This document shows positions 59,762-64,000 of a stretch of DNA of 64,000 bases, piece after piece. Under the pieces are notes generated by a model. The model had not been told where the DNA came from and did not search any database. It worked only from the letters and a program-made list of their open reading frames with translations. Origin of the DNA: Candidatus Latescibacterota bacterium (GTDB lineage Bacteria; Latescibacterota; UBA2968; GCA-2709665); contig OZ250150.1 of the NCBI GenBank assembly GCA_965237675.1, forward strand, positions 3,168,001 to 3,232,000. The letters run 5' to 3'. A program made the translations under genes and the position numbers. The first letter of the stretch is position 1, and every line of letters starts with the position of its first letter.

Positions 59762-59859
59762 TTGTGAATGGTCCGTTGGGGACCCGGCACGTCGCGTCCC
59801 TATCGCCGGCATGTTCGTTAGACCTTAATGTTCATTGCGTGTGATCGGGAGAACAGCAC

Positions 59860-60582
59860 ATGGAACTGGACGAGTCGAAACTGCGGCAGTACGAGCACGA
59901 TGGATATACAACGGTGGAACGGCTGATATCGACCGCTGAGGCGGCCGCGGTGCGGAAGCGGCTGATGGAATTGCTGGAGGGGGAGCACGACTGGCCGGAT
60001 CTGCATTTTCAGATATTGGATCCCGTGACGTTCCGCAACACAAGGGATGGGTTCGTGCCCATCGGCGTCCAGAGACCCGCCAAACAGGAGGCCGTCTTCC
60101 GGCAGATTGCAGACCACGTCAATTTACAGGGGGCGATGTCCCGGCTTATGGGGGGTCCGGTGAAGCGATTCACGGATCAGGCGTTAATCAAGAACCGGGC
60201 AATCGACGGCCAGTCGTTCTATCACCAGGATTCCTACTACTGGAAGATCCAGCCGAGACGAGGGTGCAATGCCTGGATCGCGCTGGATGAGGTGGGGGTG
60301 GACGCCAGCGCGTTGGGTATTCTACCCGGAACTCACAGGGACTGGAAACTGGCGACCCACGAGCGTTATTACGACGAGCCCAATTTTTACGCCGCGCGGT
60401 CGGGCGAAGCGTTCACCCGGTGGCGGATACCGACAGAGGGGCTGGACTTATCCGGGGAAGTGGTGTTGCCGATGCAGCCGGGGGACGCGGCTTTTTTCTC
60501 GAATTACACGTGGCATCGGTCAGAGGTGAACCGTTCGGGCGAGCACAAGACGGCCTACGCGATCGCGTATCAGTTGCGATAG
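59860..60582 (+). CDS. Phytanoyl-CoA dioxygenase (PhyH) family Fe(II)/2OG oxygenase
   Basis: YEHDGY, HQD, WIALD, PGTH, PGD..F..WHRS..N.S. Confidence 0.88.
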   Translation: MELDESKLRQYEHDGYTTVERLISTAEAAAVRKRLMELLEGEHDWPDLHFQILDPVTFRNTRDGFVPIGVQRPAKQEAVFRQIADHVNLQGAMSRLMGGPVKRFTDQALIKNRAIDGQSFYHQDSYYWKIQPRRGCNAWIALDEVGVDASALGILPGTHRDWKLATHERYYDEPNFYAARSGEAFTRWRIPTEGLDLSGEVVLPMQPGDAAFFSNYTWHRSEVNRSGEHKTAYAIAYQLR

Positions 60583-60677
60583 TCGCCGAAGACGGCGACG
60601 GTGGGAGCGGCGGAGTTGGCACATGCGCGGATAGAGATACGTCTGCATCCGTCATTGATAACACAGAGAGGGTCAGT

Positions 60678-62135
60678 ATGGTTCGAAGAAAGGAGCGTGC
60701 GCCGACCTCCCGCGTGCGCTTTGGCTTTGCACGGGTGGACCTGACGCCGCCCGTGGGGATTTATCATCGGATGTGGGGCGCGGCCAGGCACGACCGTGCA
60801 ACGGGCATTCACAGGCCGATTCTGGGTGACGTGCTGGTATTCGGGCCGGTGGACGCACCCGACGAAATACGGCTGATTCGGGCGCATCTGGACCTGGTCT
60901 GCCTGGTGGCCCAGCAGCATGCGGCGCTTGTGACGGCGCTCAGCATGGCCGCGGGGGTCGGACAGGATCGGGTGGACGTGACGTACTCCCACACCCATTC
61001 CTCCGGGTGGTACGCTCCGGATCGCTTCGATATGCCGGGCGGCGAATTGATTGAACCCTTCCTGAAGAACGTCGGGGAAAAGCTGGCGCAGGCCTGCGCG
61101 GAGGCGCTGGCGGGGGTACGGGAGGTGCTGATTACCTATGCCGACGGGCATTGTGACATGGCGGCCGACCGGGACTATCGGGATGACGTATTCGGGGGGT
61201 ACGTCTGCGGGTATAATCCGGACGGGAAGGGTGACGATACCCTGCTGGTGGGACGGATATGCGACACAGAGGGCAGGACCGCGGCGACGGTGGTGAATTA
61301 TGGATGCCATCCGACCACGCTGGCCTGGAAGAACACCCTGATAAGCCCGGATTACGTGGGTGCGATGCGGGATGAAGTGGAGCGGGTGACCGGGGCGCCG
61401 TGCACGTTCGCCCTGGCGCCTTGCGGGGATCTGGGCCCAAAAGACGGGTTTGTCGGAGAGTTGGAAGTCGCGGAGAAAAACGGACGTCAGCTCGGGTTTG
61501 CTGCGCTGTCCGTCTTTATGTCCATGGGGCCTCCGGGCACGGATTTCGAATACCAGGGTCCGGTGATCTCAGGCGCCACGCTTGGCACCTGGGCGCACGT
61601 GGGATTCGGAGATGGGCGTCTGCGCGCCGCTTCGGTCGTTTCCGGCGGCGTACATTCCGTGGACCTCCCGATAAAAAAACAGCGTGACCGGGAGGCGCTC
61701 CTGGAGGATCTGGCGCGGTGGTCGGAAGCCGAGCGGGCAGCCGACGCGGCCGGAGACGCCCTGCAGGCCCGATCGTGCGGCGCCCGGGCGGAGCGGGCCA
61801 GGCGCTGGCTCGCGCGGATTGCGAACCTGCCGCCGGGCGAGACATACCCGTATCGATTCTCCATATATCGAATGGGAGACGCAATCTGGGTGACCTGCGG
61901 CGGTGAGCCCTACAGCTTTCTGCAGGTCGAGTTACGTCGGCGATTTCCCGGATTTGTGATTCTGGTTTCTCCTCTTTCGGGCAATGTACAGGTTGCTTAT
62001 TTGTTGCGGAAAGACGCGTACGGCAAGGGACTGTACCAGGAGGAGCCGTCGAGTCTGGCGCCGGGCAGTCTGGAGACCCTGACCGAGGCCATTGCGGAAC
62101 GAATCGAAGAACTCGCGGTTGTACGTGAGTCTTGA
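60678..62135 (+). CDS. Neutral/alkaline ceramidase-like amidohydrolase
   Basis: RVDLTPP, SHTHS, NYGCHPT, ISPDYVG, GDLGP, GGEPY. Confidence 0.65.
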   Translation: MVRRKERAPTSRVRFGFARVDLTPPVGIYHRMWGAARHDRATGIHRPILGDVLVFGPVDAPDEIRLIRAHLDLVCLVAQQHAALVTALSMAAGVGQDRVDVTYSHTHSSGWYAPDRFDMPGGELIEPFLKNVGEKLAQACAEALAGVREVLITYADGHCDMAADRDYRDDVFGGYVCGYNPDGKGDDTLLVGRICDTEGRTAATVVNYGCHPTTLAWKNTLISPDYVGAMRDEVERVTGAPCTFALAPCGDLGPKDGFVGELEVAEKNGRQLGFAALSVFMSMGPPGTDFEYQGPVISGATLGTWAHVGFGDGRLRAASVVSGGVHSVDLPIKKQRDREALLEDLARWSEAERAADAAGDALQARSCGARAERARRWLARIANLPPGETYPYRFSIYRMGDAIWVTCGGEPYSFLQVELRRRFPGFVILVSPLSGNVQVAYLLRKDAYGKGLYQEEPSSLAPGSLETLTEAIAERIEELAVVRES

Positions 62136-62149
62136 ACGGAGAGATCGAC

Positions 62150-63028
62150 ATGGCCGAACTGGTATATGATGCCGGCACCGATACGTATCAATTCGAGACG
62201 GAGGCGATGACCGGTGGAATTCGGGCATCGGGAGATTATCACGGGGTCTGGACACTGACGGACAGGAAAACCGGAAGACAGGTCATCCATCCGAAATATT
62301 CGGCATTGAACCTGTTTCGGTTATTTGCCGTTCATCAGGGCCTGGACCAACCGCGCCTGATGGACCGCATGGTCGAAGCCCGGGACAACGCCGTCGTGGT
62401 GCACTGGGCGGCTACGGAAACGCACCAGGGTGCCTTGACCGCCCGTTACGAGGTGTGCGAGCCGAATCGTATCGACCTGACGGTAACGGTGGCAAGCGAA
62501 GGGACCTATGCGGGGTATGAACTCTTCCTTTCCAACTATTTCGACAAGGCGTTACGACCCCATATCTATCTCCACGGTAGCCGTTACGGACGGGAGAGCG
62601 TGGACCCCGAGTTGGTCGTTCCCATGGTGAACGATGTCTTTCGAGGAACCGTCATTGTGTTTCCACGGGACCCGCATGCGGCGCGGCGCTGTGTGGACGG
62701 GCGGTGGAATCGCAGCGAAAGTAACTCGCCCACCGTGCAGATGTGTCCGGTGCGGTACTATGGGTATCCGTTTTCCTTCCTGACGGACAATCGGCTGGCC
62801 GTCGTGTTGATGTCTACGGAAGAGGACTGTTATGCCATCAGTACCCGTTACCACGTGGCGGACGAAGCCGATCGCATGACAGATTACAGCGCGTTTGATT
62901 TTTCTCTTTTCGGCGACGACCTCGTGCCGGGCAGTCGACGCACGGTACGTATGCGCCTTGTAGTGACGGAGGTCGACGGGGGAATGACCCAGCCCCTGGC
63001 GCATTATCAGGCGTTCTCGGGAGTTTGA
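62150..63028 (+). CDS. Hypothetical protein
   Basis: Long ORF co-oriented with its neighbours, GGAGAG RBS; no motif recognised. Confidence 0.65.
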   Translation: MAELVYDAGTDTYQFETEAMTGGIRASGDYHGVWTLTDRKTGRQVIHPKYSALNLFRLFAVHQGLDQPRLMDRMVEARDNAVVVHWAATETHQGALTARYEVCEPNRIDLTVTVASEGTYAGYELFLSNYFDKALRPHIYLHGSRYGRESVDPELVVPMVNDVFRGTVIVFPRDPHAARRCVDGRWNRSESNSPTVQMCPVRYYGYPFSFLTDNRLAVVLMSTEEDCYAISTRYHVADEADRMTDYSAFDFSLFGDDLVPGSRRTVRMRLVVTEVDGGMTQPLAHYQAFSGV

Positions 63029-63229
63029 ATGCACGCGGTTGTATCATCGATCGACCTGCGTCGGCCATCGCCGGGTCCAGGTATTCCCGCACGGAGCGCC
63101 CGATTCCGAGAGTTGGTTCAATTTTGAGGTTGAATGGGAACTGCCTTGTGCAAATTTTTAAAGGATGCCTGCTGCCTGGCGCGGCGAGGCGCCGTTTCTG
63201 CTCGACGTCGAAAATTCGTTAAGATACGG

Positions 63230-64000
63230 ATGATGAAAATCCTCGAACATGTGTGGTGGCGGTACTTGCTGACGTTCGGCCTGTTTCTGGCTGTGGCTGA
63301 CTGCGGCAAGACACCGCCCACCGTGGACGATGATCTGTACGAAGAGTACCCGGGGTTGCCCTACGGGATCATGATCACCCTCGCCGGCACCGGAGATGCA
63401 GGCAGGAACGCCACGGGATCGGGTCCTCTGGATACGCACCTGTATTTTCCCCAGGATATGACCGTTGGACCCGACGGTCGGACATACATTCTGGATTGGA
63501 ACAACAATCGCGTTCTTGTGATCGACAACGGAATCGTGCGTCCCCTGATCGGTAGCGGCGAACCGGGTGATGCGCTCGCGGGTCCGGCACTGGAGGTGGG
63601 CATCGACCACCCGACCCATATTTCGTTCGATCCCCAGGGAAGATTGATCCTTTCGGCCTGGCAGAATGCCAGGATCCTGAGGTATGATTTTACCACAGGC
63701 CGCGTCGAACCCATTGCCGGCCGGGGCGAACGCGGTTTCGGGGGCGACGGCGGCCCCGCTCTCGAAGCCTCGTTAAATCTTCCGAGTTCCACGGTCTTCG
63801 ACGAATCCGGCCGTATGTATATCTCGGATCAGGGCAACCTTCGCATTCGTATGGTGGATCTCAACGGTGTGATCTCCACCGTTGCGGGAACCGGACGGGA
63901 GGGACTTGCCGGGGACGGTGGTCCTGCCATTCTGGCCGACCTCTATGCACCGACAGGAGACGCGGCGCAGCCCGCCGGCCGGATTGCCATGGATAGCCGG
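63230..64000 (+). CDS. NHL-repeat (teneurin-like) lipoprotein, 3' truncated by window edge
   Basis: Translated by hand (absent from the ORF track): MMKILEH...LFLAVADC lipobox, then AGTG, P.D..VGPDG..YI.DW.N.R, GFGGDGGPALEASLNLP, YISDQGNLRIR repeats. Confidence 0.85.
   Translation, partial: MMKILEHVWWRYLLTFGLFLAVADCGKTPPTVDDDLYEEYPGLPYGIMITLAGTGDAGRNATGSGPLDTHLYFPQDMTVGPDGRTYILDWNNNRVLVIDNGIVRPLIGSGEPGDALAGPALEVGIDHPTHISFDPQGRLILSAWQNARILRYDFTTGRVEPIAGRGERGFGGDGGPALEASLNLPSSTVFDESGRMYISDQGNLRIRMVDLNGVISTVAGTGREGLAGDGGPAILADLYAPTGDAAQPAGRIAMDSR

Noticed and set aside
1-64000. CRISPR array, tRNA/rRNA, IS element or prophage
   Set aside because: No regularly spaced repeats, cloverleaf or rRNA signatures, and no transposase, integrase or phage genes were recognised.

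Overview
GC-rich bacterial chromosomal segment with about 54 CDSs. I recognise no rRNA, tRNA, CRISPR array or transposase. Gene content (GWxTD protein, FCB-type sigma-70 lacking region 1.1, folB-folK-dNK-panB-panC, heparinase-like, PhyH, ankyrin and NHL lipoproteins) suggests an FCB-related lineage such as Latescibacterota, possibly host (sponge) associated; this is inference. 1-47 kb is mostly housekeeping: cell wall (M23, murA, murD), RNA modification/processing (rlmN, cca, rny, queG, miaB, dusA), folate/pantothenate, oxidative stress/Fe-S, and a fused IOR. 47-64 kb is an accessory amide/lactam catabolic region interrupted by two paralogous ankyrin lipoproteins. Most notable: (1) tandem ankyrin lipoproteins with a conserved scaffold and an unrelated variable loop; (2) a translationally coupled BpsA-like aminopropyltransferase + DUF2156 pair; (3) a consistent TTGAC-N17-TAnnTT promoter grammar; (4) a close bacterial homolog of plant peroxisomal HPR1; (5) an IscU-like protein missing two of three Cys next to an orphan nuoI; (6) two long same-strand gene overlaps. 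Family assignments come from motif recognition only; no searches were run.
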